DNA of 64,000 nt. Source: Chiloscyllium plagiosum. Lineage: Eukaryota. This document shows, one piece after another, positions 35,914-47,615 of this stretch. Where the stretch lies: NCBI RefSeq assembly GCF_004010195.1, contig NC_057719.1:53439282-53503281 (forward strand), in the 5' to 3' direction. The translations under genes and the position numbers were made by a program. Each line of letters opens with the position of its first letter. Within the stretch, counting starts at the first letter, position 1. Below the pieces are notes generated by a model. That model was not told the DNA's origin, searched no databases, and saw only the letters and a list, made by a program, of their open reading frames with translations.

Positions 35914-36693
35914 AGTTGCTATAATCCTACCACTGCCATTCTGGACAGTGCATGAAACACAGTGGAAGTGATCCTACCTCCGGTCAGAAGGTTCACCCGT
36001 ATCAAAGGTGCATTAGGACTTGTCTGAATAGGTTGAGTTAAGATGCCTACCTGAGCTGCTGCTGCTCCAACATGTCTCTATTTTCCATGTTCCATAAAGT
36101 TTTCCTGCTCAATAAGATACAGATGGAAAGTGGTTTACAATCTAATTCAAATTTATTTTAATTGCACCAACAACACCAACCCATATCCAATGAGGTAATC
36201 TATGGCTTTGGTCTGTAGATTTCTCACTGGCATACAGCCATCTCCATTAAGCTACAGGCTTGCATGATGCAGTCACATCGTGCTGCTGCTCAAGTAAAAA
36301 CAACAGCTCTTAGTTTCCATTTGCTCTCAACTCAGGGGTATTCTTTGGAGTTAAAATTCCAGTTTCTCTTTGCATAACTACAATCTTGTGATAATGTTTC
36401 TCATCAGCAAATTTGATCACTTCACAACTAATCCTTGTTTATTTGTCAATTAGGTCAAATTAGAACCATTAGACTCCAAATGACTAATTTCTGCAGAATT
36501 CAACTCCCCCATCTTCTGATATGATCCAGCTCCATTTCCTCATTTGAAACCAATTCTAGGGCCACATCTTTGGATTCCAGGATTTTATCTGGTTTTCCCC
36601 CAGTGGAATTCATTAAAAGCTTGGTGAGAGTTGAGACAAATTGCTTTAAAAAAGGAAAAGTGACTGTTTATTATGAAGTTTCTAACAAGTGAT

Positions 36694-38003
36694 GTTCTCA
36701 TTACTACCCTGTGCACACATGCAGGATCTGCTCAGATGAGGAGAAACGCGACAGATATCGAAAGATTTGAAAGGCGTCCTAATAAGAAGGGGATACGATG
36801 CTCAACCCAAACATCGCCAGTCCTAACGTGCCACAGTGAAAAATCCTAATGACGGCCCAAGAGGACAGACACAGGATGCAACCGATAGAGTACCCTTCAT
36901 CATCCAGTGCTTCCCCGAAGCAGAGGGACAATGCCATGTTCTTCACAGCCTTCAACATGTCACGGTGAGCATCTCACCAAGATCATCCCTACATCTCCAC
37001 TTCTCACCTTCAAACAACTGCCAGAACTTAAACAGATCATTGTTTGCAGCAAACTACCCAGCTTTCAGGACAGCATCAACCACAACACCACACAATCTTG
37101 CTATAGCAACCTCTGCAAGACATGCCAGATCATCGACATAATTACTACCATCACACATGGGAACACCACCCACCATGTACACGGGAGGTACTCATGTGAC
37201 TTGGCCGAATCTTGTCTATCTCATACGCTGCAGGTAAGCTTGCCCCAAGGCATGGTATATTGGCGAGACTGTGTAGACACTATGACAATGGATGAATGGA
37301 TACAACACAACAATTGCCAGAGAGAAATATTCCCTCCCAGTCAGGATATACTTCAGCGGTCAAGGACATTCAGCCTTTGAAGGGTAAGCATCCTCCAAAG
37401 TTGCCTTTGGGATACATAACAACACAGAATCAATGAACAGAAACTGATAGCCAAGTTCCGTATCTCAACCATGATCTTGGGTTCATGTTGCGCTACATGT
37501 AACCCCACCACACTGTTCTGTATCTGTAAAATCTTCCTTACTGTTCAGTTTTGACGCCATCACCTTGATAATTTGTTATGATCACTCTACATTAATTAAT
37601 TAGTATAGTTTTGGATTACTTATCACTTTGGTTAGACCCTTAGCATGCAACTCTTGTACCTATCGTATTAATCCTGTCATTTGGTTTATCTCCAGCATGA
37701 CCTTATTTTTAATTTTTTTGTAATTATCTCTCTGCTTCAATCAGATTATAGATCATCTCTTCACTTGTTACTCTGCTGTTAACACTTTACTCACACAATC
37801 TGACACTTTTGATTACCTGCAGTGACTTATTACTCAACACTCCACTCACACCAGTTGTATGATCTTTTGACCTCGCTGGCTATAAATGTTGTATCTGTAT
37901 GCTTCTCTCTCACTGCACCTGATGAAGGTGCTTCGTTCCAAAAACTTCTGATTTCATATAAACCTGTTGGACTATAATGTAGTGTCATGTGACATCTGCC
38001 TGT
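36694..38003 (+). mobile_element. Penelope-like element 3' half (RT thumb, Cys motif, GIY-YIG, 3' end with degenerate hammerhead); Neptune-type by inference
   Basis: RICSDEEKRD, DRVPFIIQ, C..NLCKTC, HVHGRYSCD...YLIRC...WYIG; CTGATGA-A-GG..CC-AAAA at 37919-37947. Confidence 0.88.
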
Positions 38004-38229
38004 AGTTTTGAAATTATTGCTACACTTCTCAACTATACAGTTTAGATTCTGTCATTTAATTTCCTATTTAATGTAGGCTAATAGGTCTTGTGCTACTTCA
38101 ACCATTCTTGCAGTTTTTTGAAACAACTAAATCTATTTCAGACTTTAAAATGTACACCACTAACAGTGAAGTGCTGTAGGACATCTTCGTTAAAAATATA
38201 CTATGTAAATTCTAAATGTAAATGATGTG

Positions 38230-38768
38230 ACTCTACAAGACATTAGCAAGGCCACATTTGGAATACTGCGTACAATTCTGAATGTTATTAAATTGGTAGA
38301 GGATGCAAAAAAATTTCCAGGGATGTTACCAAAGCTGAAGGGTTTGAGTTAAAGGGAGAGACTGGGCCTTTATCTTAGAGCATAGGAGGTTGAGGGGTAA
38401 TCTTCTAGAAATTTATAAAATAATGAGGGGATTCAATAAAGTGAATAGCCAAGGTCTTTTCCCCAGGGTAGGGAGCCTAAACTGAGAGGCGTTGGTTTAA
38501 GGTGAAAGGGGAGAAGTTTAAAAGGGACGTGAGGGGCAACTTTTTCACACAGAGGGTGGTGCATATTTGGAATGGACTGCCAAAGGAAGTGGTGAAAGCT
38601 GGTACAACATTTAAAAGCTGGTTGGACAGATACATGGCTAGGAAAATTTTAGAGGGGTGTGGGCCACGTGCAGGCAAATGGGACTAGTTTAGTTGAGGAA
38701 ACCAAGTCAGTATGGACAAGTTGTGCCGAAGGGTCTGTTCCTATGCTGTATGATTCTTTGGCTCTATA
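38230..38768 (+). mobile_element. CR1 3' fragment
   Basis: RPHLEYCVQF, FFTQRVVHIWNGLP; tail GCCGAAGGGTCTGTTCC..TGCTGTATGA. Confidence 0.92.
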
Positions 38769-39387
38769 AATTCCATGCTTCCTTGACTCCTGCAGAACCC
38801 CATACTGTCCAGAGATTGCTGCATAATTAATATCAATGTAATCATTTTAGGGACTACCTTTTAGAAGTGTTTCTTCTGATTCACTCAAGAAGCAAAAGTC
38901 GAATTTCTATATAATATTTTCACCATCTTCTGTCTATTAACTGCTATCTTTTATCAGAAATGTCCTTGTTTACTGAATAACATTTGGCTTTAATCTTATT
39001 TTCATGTAAATAGAGCATGACTGTGAATCTCTTAGTTTCTCTCTCCACTGGGAATCCAAAATATCTTGTACTTCCTAATGGAAGAAATCTTTCCAATTGA
39101 GTACATGAATGTTGTATTACTTGTTGCAAACAAATTCCAATTCTCCACTTTGCTGAATGGATCTTTGCCATCTGGAAATTCAGTGGTTCACATGGGAAAC
39201 AATGAGCCATCATTGTAAATAACTTCTGCATTCCTAGTTCCACATTAAATATTTTTAAACAAACAAACATTTGTGGTTTCGAATGGCTCCTTTATGAGCC
39301 GCCAATTAGCTTACAAGTAGATCTGGTTTTCCTGAATGGAATTATTTTTGGTACAAGAAAACCAATCTGAAACAGATTTGACCAAAT

Positions 39388-42300
39388 TCTTTTTCTTTAT
39401 TTATTCATTTTTCTGGGATGTGGCGTCACTGGCTGACCAGCATTTATTGCCCCGTCCCTATGTGTCCTCGAGAAGGTGGTGGTGAGCTGCCTTCTTGAGC
39501 TGCTGCAGTCCACCTGCTGTGGGTTGACCCACAATGCCATTAGGGAGGGAATTCCAGGATTATGACCCAGCAACAGTGAAGGGATTGTGATATATTTTCA
39601 AGTCAGGATGGTGAGTGGCTTGGAAGGGAAGTTGAAGATGGTGGTTTACCCATGTATGCTGCCCTTGTCCTTCTAGTGGAAGTGGTCTTGGGTTTGGAAG
39701 GTGCTGTCTGAGGTATTTCTGCAGTATATCTTGTAGATAGTACACACTGCTGCTACTGAGCGTCAAAGGTGGAGGGAGTGGATGCTTGTGGATGTGGTGC
39801 CAATTAAACAGGTGTTGTTTAGTGTTGAGTGTTGTTGGAGCTGCACTCATCCAGGCAAGTGGTGAGTATTCCATCACACTCTGACTTGTGCCTTGGAGAT
39901 GCTGGACAAGGGAGGTGAGTTACTCACTGCTGTATTCCTAACCTCTGACCTGTTCTTGTAGCTGCAGTATAACTGCGGTGAGTCCAGTTAAGTTTCTGAT
40001 CAATGATAACTCCCAGGATGTTGATCATGGAGGATTCAGTGATGATAACACTATTGAATATCAAGGGCGGTGGTTAGATAATCTCTTGTTGGTGATGGTC
40101 ATTGATTAGCATTTGTGTCACACCTCTGTTACCTTTTACTTGTTAGCCCAAGGCTGGATATTGTACAGATCTTGTTGCATTTGGACACAGACTGATTCAG
40201 TGTCTGAGGAGTTGCAAATGGTGCTGAACATTGTGCACTCATCGGTGAACATCCCCACTTCTGACCGTATGATGGAGGGAAGGTCATTGATGAAGCAGCT
40301 AAAGATGGCTGGGCCGAGGACACTACCCTGAGGAACCCCTGCAGAGATGTCCTGGAGCTGAGGTGACTGACCTCCAACAACCACAATCATCATCCATTGT
40401 GTCAGGTCTGACTCCAACCACCAGAGCATTTGCCCGCTGATACCCTTTGATTCCAATTTTGCTAGGGCTCCTTGATGCCACATTTGGTTGAATGCAATCT
40501 GGATATCAAGGGCTGTCACTGTCACCTCAACTCTGAAATTCAACTCTTTTGACCATATTTGAACCAAGGCTGTAACGAGGTCCGGAACTGGGTGATCCTG
40601 GCGAAACCCAAACTGGGTATCACTGAGCAGATGCTGCTTGATAACACTGTTGATGACACCTTCCATCACTTTACTGATGATTAAGAGTAGACTGATGTGG
40701 TAATTAGCTGAGTTAGATTTGTCTTGCTTTTTATAACAGGACACACTTGGCCAATTTTCCACATTGTTGGTTAGATGCCAGTGTTGTAACTGTACTGGAA
40801 TGACTTGGCTGGGGGAGATACAAGTTCTGGAGCACAAGTCTTCATTACTATTGCCAGAATGTTGTCAGGCCCCGCAGTCTTTGCCGTATCTAGTGTCTTT
40901 AACCATTTCATGATATCATGTGGAGTGAATTCAATTGGCTGAAGACTGAACCATTGGAGGAGACCGAGATGGATCATCCACTCAGCACTTCAGCCTTATC
41001 TTTTGCACTGACGTGTTGGGCTCTTCCATCATTGAGGATGGGGATATTTGTGGAACCTCCTCCTCTGGTGAGTTGTTTAAACATCCACCACCATTCACGA
41101 CTAGACGTAGCAGAACTGCAGAGCTTAGATCTGATTTGTTGGTTGTGGAATTGCTTAGCTCTGTCTACCACTTGCTGCTTCTGCTGTTTGGCATGAAAGT
41201 AGTCTTGTTTAGTAGCTTTACCAGGTTGACACCGCATTTTCTGGTTCTGCTCCTGGCATGCCCTCCTGTCCTCTCCATTGAACCAGGGTTAATGCCCTGG
41301 CTTGATGATAATGTTTGATGATAATGATATGCCAAGCCATGAGGTTGCAGATTGTGCTGGCGTACAATTCTGCTGCTACTGATGGCCCACTACACCTCCA
41401 TAGATGCCCAATTTTCAGTCGCTAGATCTGTCCAAAATCTGTCCCATTTAGCATGTTAATAGTGTCACACAACATGATGGAGGCTATTCTCAATGTGAAG
41501 GTGGGATTTTATCTCCACAAGGATTGTGCAGTGGTTACTCTTACCGATACTGTCCTAGACAGATGCCTCTGCAGCTGGCAGACTGGTAAAGATGAGGTCA
41601 AGTATGTTTTTCCCTCTTTTTGGTTCCTTCACTACCTGCCACAGACCCAGTCTAGCAGCTATGTCCTTTAGGACCCAACTAGTTCAGTCTGTAGTCCTGC
41701 TGCCAAACATTAAATCCCCCTCCCAGAGTACATTTTGTGTCCTTGCCAGGCTCAGAGCTTCCTCTAAGTGTTGGGTGGCACAGTGGCTTAGTGGTTAACA
41801 CTGCTGCCTCTTAGCGCCAGTGTCCCAGGTTCAATTCTAGCCTTGGATGACTGTCTGTGCGGAATTTGCACATTCTCCCCATATCTGCAAGTGTTTTCTC
41901 CAGGTGCTTCAAAGATGTGCAGGTTAGGTAGATTGGCTATGCTAAATTATCCATAGTGTTCAGGGAAGTAGGGGGATAGGTCGAGGAGGTTTACTCTTCA
42001 TAAAGTCGATGTGGACTTGTTGGGCCAAATGGCCTGTTTCCACACTATAAGTGTTCCATGGTTCTATGTTGTTCAACATGGAGGAGTACCAATTCATCAG
42101 CTGAGGGAGATACATGGTAATCAGCAGTTTAACCTGAAGCCATGAGAGCTCCTGGGGTCCAGAGTCAATGTTGAGATTCCCAGAGCAATTCCCTCCTGAC
42201 TATATACCACTGTGCTGCCACCTCTGCTGGGGTCTGTCTTGCTGGTGAGACAGAATATGTCCAGGGGTGGTGATGGTGGTGTCTGGGACATTGTCTGTAA

Positions 42301-42817
42301 GTTATGATTCCATGAGTATGACTATGTCAGGCTGTTGCTTGACTAGTCTGTGAGACAGCTATCCCAATTTTGGCACTAGCCCCCAGATGTTAGTAAGGTG
42401 GACTTTGCGGGGTCAACCCCTGTTACAACCGTTGTCTTTTCTGGTGCCTAGGTCGATGCCAGGTGAACCATCCAGTTTCATTTCTTTGAAACATTGTAGC
42501 GATCGGTACAACTGAATGGCTTGCTCAGCCATTTTAGAGGGCAATCAAGAGTTAACCACATTGCTATGGGTCTGGAGTCACATGTAGGCCAGATATAAGG
42601 ATAACAGATTTCCTTCCCTGCAGGAGATTAGTGAACCAGATTGTTTTTTTCTGACAATGGACAATGGTTTTGTCATCATCATTGGACCCTTTAATTCCAG
42701 ATTTTTATGAATACAAATTCCACCATCTACTGTGGTGGGATTCAAACCTGGGTCCCCAGAACATTACCTGGGTCTCTGGATTAATAGTCTAGTGATAATA
42801 CTACTAGGCCATCGTCT
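39388..42817 (-). mobile_element. CR1/L2-group LINE of a second family: tRNA-like 5' head, single decayed EN-RT ORF, no visible ORF1
   Basis: ORF 40136-40837 ([28 protein letters not shown]), 40771-40977 (AGPDNI) and 39560-39877 (MEYSPLAW); APE start NIWGL..QPDIVIL.ES at about 42310-42395; A/B boxes at about 42735-42812. Confidence 0.9.
41773..42068 (+). mobile_element. HE1-type SINE nested in the LINE
   Basis: GGTGGCACAGTGG..TAGTGGTTAAC, GGTTCAATTC, tail GGCCTGTTTCCACACT. Confidence 0.9.
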
Positions 42818-42949
42818 TTCACTAAACCTTCCATTAATTTCACTACTGCCTAAACATTAATCCTCTCATTTGCACAGGGAGAGAGCTAAAACATTTTCTT
42901 TCATTGCACAACTATGGTAAGCAGCATATTTCTGGATTGTAATGGATGC

Positions 42950-43230
42950 ACACCCCTGTTTCAGTTCAGCCAACACTAAAGGAGTACTGGATTATCAAAA
43001 GTAGAGATTTCTAGATGAAATGCTGAATAAAGATATCCATTTGCAAGTTCATTTGCAGGTTCATGCAATAAAAAAACTGAAGTAGTTCAGGATGTTATCC
43101 AAGTCCCTTGCCTAACATCATTCTGTTAAACTAACACTGCAAAAAGTTAGTCATTGGGATCCTTCGAATTAATTACTTTGGCTGTTTACATAATAGGTGT
43201 GACACTTCAAGTAAAGATTTCACAAGGAAA
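42950..43230 (+). mobile_element. Possible highly diverged Deu-domain (SacSINE1-like) SINE
   Basis: Weak by-eye resemblance to the Deu domain and tail (GAAGTAGTTCAGGATGTTATCC...CTTGCCTAACAT...GTGACACTTCAAGTA); needs alignment. Confidence 0.3.
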
Positions 43231-43889
43231 CACTTTATCTTCTAATTTTGTCTCTCCCCAACTAACCTGACACAAGTTGCATATAAATATGGAATTAGAT
43301 TTCATGAACTATTTGTAATTACTGGCATACATTGGGTATACGTTTTAAGATCAACTATTCAATCGCCATATCATGAGTGCCAGAAGCTGAAGATGCAAAC
43401 TGATTTACTTATACACAAGTGACTCACACTTAATTGCTTATTTATATGACTATAGGGGTTTGCATGCATAGATTTTAGTTATTCATGCAACTACAGAAAA
43501 TGAAGGACATCAATTTATTTTCTATTTGTAGTAGCTGAGCATATTATTTATTCATGTACTCAATTTGTGATCTGTGGGCAATGGCAGGGAAAATCCAGTA
43601 TTTGTTTAAAATTCTTCGGTGAGTAATATTGCTCAGTCATCTGTGCCCAGCATTACACTTGTTTTGTTTTTAAATCTTATGACTTATTTCAGAAATCAAC
43701 AACCCCAAACTTCTTTTTAATTTTAACGTGGCTCTGGAATAAATAATAAAAATACAAAGCACCGGTCAGGCATTATAAAGGAGAGGGACGGTTCATACTC
43801 CAGGTCATTAACATTTCCTGTGGGGAAAGAGGAAGAGGAGTACTTTATTAGTTCTTGTAAAGAAAGACAATGTTGCTGCTGCTCTGAGC

Positions 43890-44110
43890 TTTCTAGCCAC
43901 TATGTCCTTTAGGACTCAACCAGCTTGATCAGTAATACTGCTATCCACTTTTGGTGGATATTGAAGACTTCCCCCAACCCCCAGAGAACATTCTGCTCCT
44001 TTGATACTTTCTCCAAGTAATGCTCAACTTCGAGGTCTATCAGTTGGGTGTGGGTAGCGACAGTATGTAAGAATCAGAAGGAACATTCCTGGCCCATATC
44101 TGACCTCTAC
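43890..44110 (-). mobile_element. Diverged endonuclease-region fragment related to the 39388-42817 LINE
   Basis: TATGTCCTTTAGGAC and CCCAGAGAACATT match 41660-41740. Confidence 0.5.
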
Positions 44111-44229
44111 AAAGTTTGGTATTAACCTCCAGATATTGCCAAGGAGAAGGTCACCAGGACAGGGCTGGGAATGCTGCTACTGCTGTTGTTATTTTGGTCC
44201 CTAGATTGATAGAGGATGGCCCTTCCAGT

Positions 44230-44400
44230 TTCATTTGCAGCCTTTTCTCCCACCAGAGCCTTCATGAAGCAGACTACAGACATGCTAAAGATGATGCTTA
44301 GATCAGGGGATGTGGGTGAGATTAGGGGTCTTGCAGCCTATCAAACAGTATGCTGCATAATCGTCGCATGCTTCAGTCTGCACAACTGCAGCCAAGAAGG
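44230..44400 (+). pseudogene. Harbinger/PIF transposase C-terminal remnant
   Basis: TRAFMKQTTDMLKM...VCCIIVACFSLHN resembles the HARBI1-family TR..IE.T.G.LK.RF...II.ACC.LHN pattern. Confidence 0.65.
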
Positions 44401-44521
44401 AAAGAATGTGATAGGGACTGAAATAGTTGAAGAGTGGCAGCAATCTTTCAAGAAAGAAGATAGGACATTATTCAGCATCTGAGAGCAGTAAAATGTCAGG
44501 TAGAACAAGCCAGACAGCCTT

Positions 44522-44789
44522 AATCAGAAACAAAAGCAGAAATTGCTGGAAAAGCTCATCAGGAACTGAGTCTGAGGAAGGGTCATTGACTTGAAACACC
44601 AACTCTGATTTCTCTGCACAGATGCTGCCAGACCTGCTGAGCACAAAAAGCTCAGCAGGTCTGGCGGCATCTGTGCAGAGAAATCTGAGTTTGTGTTTTA
44701 GGTTGAGTGACCCTTCCTCAGACTCAGTTCCAGTAATTTCTGCTTTTGTTTCTGATTTATAGCATCCACGTTTCTTTCAGTTTTTATTT
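44522..44789. mobile_element. Double-inverted-repeat Penelope-end mini-element with hammerhead-like cores
   Basis: Outer IR 44522-44548 / 44731-44757; inner IR 44563-44642 / 44650-44730; CTGAGGA-A-GGGTC-ATT-GACTT-GAAAC at 44572-44597. Confidence 0.8.
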
Positions 44790-45013
44790 AGGCTTAAGTC
44801 AACACCTGATTCCAGAAGATGTGAGCAGTGATCACTTATTGACTTAACTTCACTTTTGATCAACAAACTTATCACTGTTTATTCTCAAAAGCAAAAAATA
44901 GCCTTTAATTGTTTGTTCTTTATTTTTTCTGCTATTGAATAAAGGTGAATGTTTTTAACTGCTTGAAGGCTTTCTAGTGTGTGTGATCCTTCTACATTGA
45001 ATAAAGACATGAT

Positions 45014-45267
45014 AACTATGTAATTTAGCTTGCTGAGCTGGAAGATTTGTTTTCAGACGTTTCGACACCATACTGGGTAACATCATCAGTGAGAGTTTCC
45101 AGTGACCGCTGGTGGTATGTCCCGTCTCTCTATATATAGGTCTTGGTTTCTTAAGGTGGGTGATGTCATTTTGTGACAAAACATCTGAAAACAAACCTTC
45201 AAGCTCAGTGAGCTAACTTACATACTGATCTCAACCTGAGCTACAAATCTTCTCAAAAATCGCTAAT
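45014..45267. mobile_element. Penelope-end mini-element of a third family (inverted arms, hammerhead-like core on minus strand)
   Basis: Arms about 45018-45068 / 45173-45223; minus strand TCA-CTGATGA-T-GTTACC-CAGTAT-GGTGTC-GAAAC-GTC-TGA; GACATGAT at 45006-45013 and 45268-45275. Confidence 0.75.
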
Positions 45268-46414
45268 GACATGATGTTATGCGACACTGGGTGTTAATGA
45301 AAGAGTAGCACTCCCTTAAACAGGACTCTAAGACGGGATAACATTAGGGATAAATAAGCTGTGTCGCTTACTTCTTGCAGCTGCACTAAAAATGACCGTT
45401 AATCAGACAGCCATAATATTACATTTACGATAATGAACTTGCATTTGAAACAAGTGTCATCTATGCCATTTATGTGCCTTCAGAAGCTTTACTTTTTGTT
45501 CCCCTACCACTATGTGCACTATGAAGGGTGGCGCCTGCTTGGCAGAGCTTGACCTGGTATATGGCCAGACTTTAAAGAAGTGCCAAACCAGGAATTCTGG
45601 GAAGTGCCAGCTGTCATTATTGCTGAGTGAGTGGTTTCATGAGCAGGGAACTGCAGAAGTGTGGTGTAAAACTAATGAGGCAAGGTGTGGAGATTAGCAT
45701 GAGAAAAATCTCTAGACTCTACTGAGAAACCTTCTATTAAACTACCCAAAATTCGGCTGATATTTTTCTCCTCCCCCTCCAGCTCAAATTTAGCCTATTG
45801 TCTTAGATTTTTTACACCAAGTTTGTCCACGTGTAAATTATTTACAGATCTCTACAATGCTCTTCTGCTTTACAATTAGCATTCTTTGTTCTGTGCAGTA
45901 AACAAAGTTTCAAAGATATTTCAGTTTTTGTATTTCAGCTATGCAGTTAGCTGCCCTTTTATTTTCAGCTTGATCCCTCCTAGACCTTTGCAATCAAATG
46001 GATGAAAGGTACAATGGTACTTGATTGAGTCATTCTACCTCATTATACAGTAGCGACCTTTCTGCTCCTGTGACTGGTCGTAAATTGGCTGGGTGTCTGT
46101 TGATTTCTACATTAATTTTTTTTTGCTCTTTGGTTTCCTTTAATTTCAAAGGAAACCAAAGAAACTGAGTTCTTCATTTTTTTGGGATTCCTTTTATTTC
46201 ATGAATGGTGCTCTTCTTTGAAAGCTATTAGCTCTGCTTTGTAAACCTTCTTTCTTAGAACAATGTACTGATTAAAATGATTCCATTTTCTGTCGGCACA
46301 GTAGCCTGCAGTTCTGGTAGACAATCTTCTCAGCTGAAGACCTTCTTGCTGTCATAGCACAGATGTAACAAGGTAGAAAATGCTGTGCTTTCTGCTACTA
46401 TGATATACCAACAT

Positions 46415-47445
46415 ACCTTGCATTTATCCAGACTGAATTCCATCTGCCATTTATCAACCCATTGACCCATTTGATCAAGATCCTCTTGTAATCTTCGTAG
46501 ACTGTGAAGAAGATTTTCTATGCTTCCAATTTTGGTGTCGTCTGCAAACTTACTAATCATGCCTTCTATATTTTCATCTAAATCACTCATATAAATGACA
46601 AACGAAAGAGGACTTATAACTAATTCCTGTGGAGCACTGCTGGTGGCAGGCCTCCAGTTTGAAAAACAACACTCCACCACCATTACTCTCCGTCTCCTGC
46701 TGTTAAGCCAATTGGCAAACACACCCCGAATTTCACTAATTTATACTAATTAGTTTACCATGCAGAACCTTGTCGAAGGCTTTACTAAAGTCCAAGTAAA
46801 CAACATCTATCACTCTACCATCATCAATTTGTTTTCGTAATTTCCTCAAATAACTCAATCTAAGTTTGTGAGACATGATTTTCCTTGCACAAAACCATGC
46901 TGATTATCCTTAATCGATTTTTGCCTTTCTAAGAGTCCATACATCTCATCTTTTATAATCACCTCCAATAATTTACCCACAACTGGTCAGACTCACACGT
47001 TTATTGTTCTCTGGTTTCTCCTAATAATACTTCTTAAACAAAGGTACAACATTAGCCACCCTCAGTCATCAGGCACCTCATTTGTAATTATAGATGATGC
47101 AAATATTTCTGCAAGGGGTCTCACAATTTTCTCCCTTACTTCCACAACATTTCAGCATAGATTAGATCAAGTTCCAGAGAGTTATCCACCTTTTATATTC
47201 TCGAAGATCTCCCAAACTTTCTCTTCTGTAATATGAACTGTTTTAAAAACATCAATTCTTTTTCCTTGCATTCTCTCGCCTCCATTGCTTTTTCCATAGT
47301 AAAACCTGACCTGAAATATTCATTTAGTATCTCTCCCATCTCCTGGAGTTCAACACAAAGATGACCAGCTTGATCTTTAAGGGGCTTTACCCTCTCTCTA
47401 GTTATCCCCATTTCTCTGAATGTACTTGTAGAATCTCTTTGGATT
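46415..47445 (-). mobile_element. CR1 ORF2 fragment (older)
   Basis: ORFs 46330-46722 (FADDTKIG, WQMEF) and 47193-47600 (QEMGEILNEYF). Confidence 0.92.
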
Positions 47446-47615
47446 AAAGATAAGATTAGTGGTAGTTGTCTTTTGCCTGGGATGGAGAATTTCAAGACTG
47501 GGGGCACATTTTTAAGATGAGAGGAGAGATGTTTATTAAATACAAAATGGGTTGTTTGCATGTAGAATGAACTTCCTGAAGAAGTGGTGGATATGGGCAT
47601 GACTGTACTTTAAAA
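47446..47615 (+). mobile_element. CR1 3'-region fragment in opposite orientation
   Basis: CAAGACTGGGGGCACATTTTTAAG...GAATGAACTTCCTGAAGAAGTGG. Confidence 0.75.

Noticed and set aside
38944..39270. 108-aa ORF in unique DNA
   Set aside because: No recognisable domain or convincing splice signals; consistent with a random ORF.
40136..40837. 233-aa RT ORF as a functional gene
   Set aside because: Part of a frameshifted LINE; the FADD motif has decayed to FTDE.
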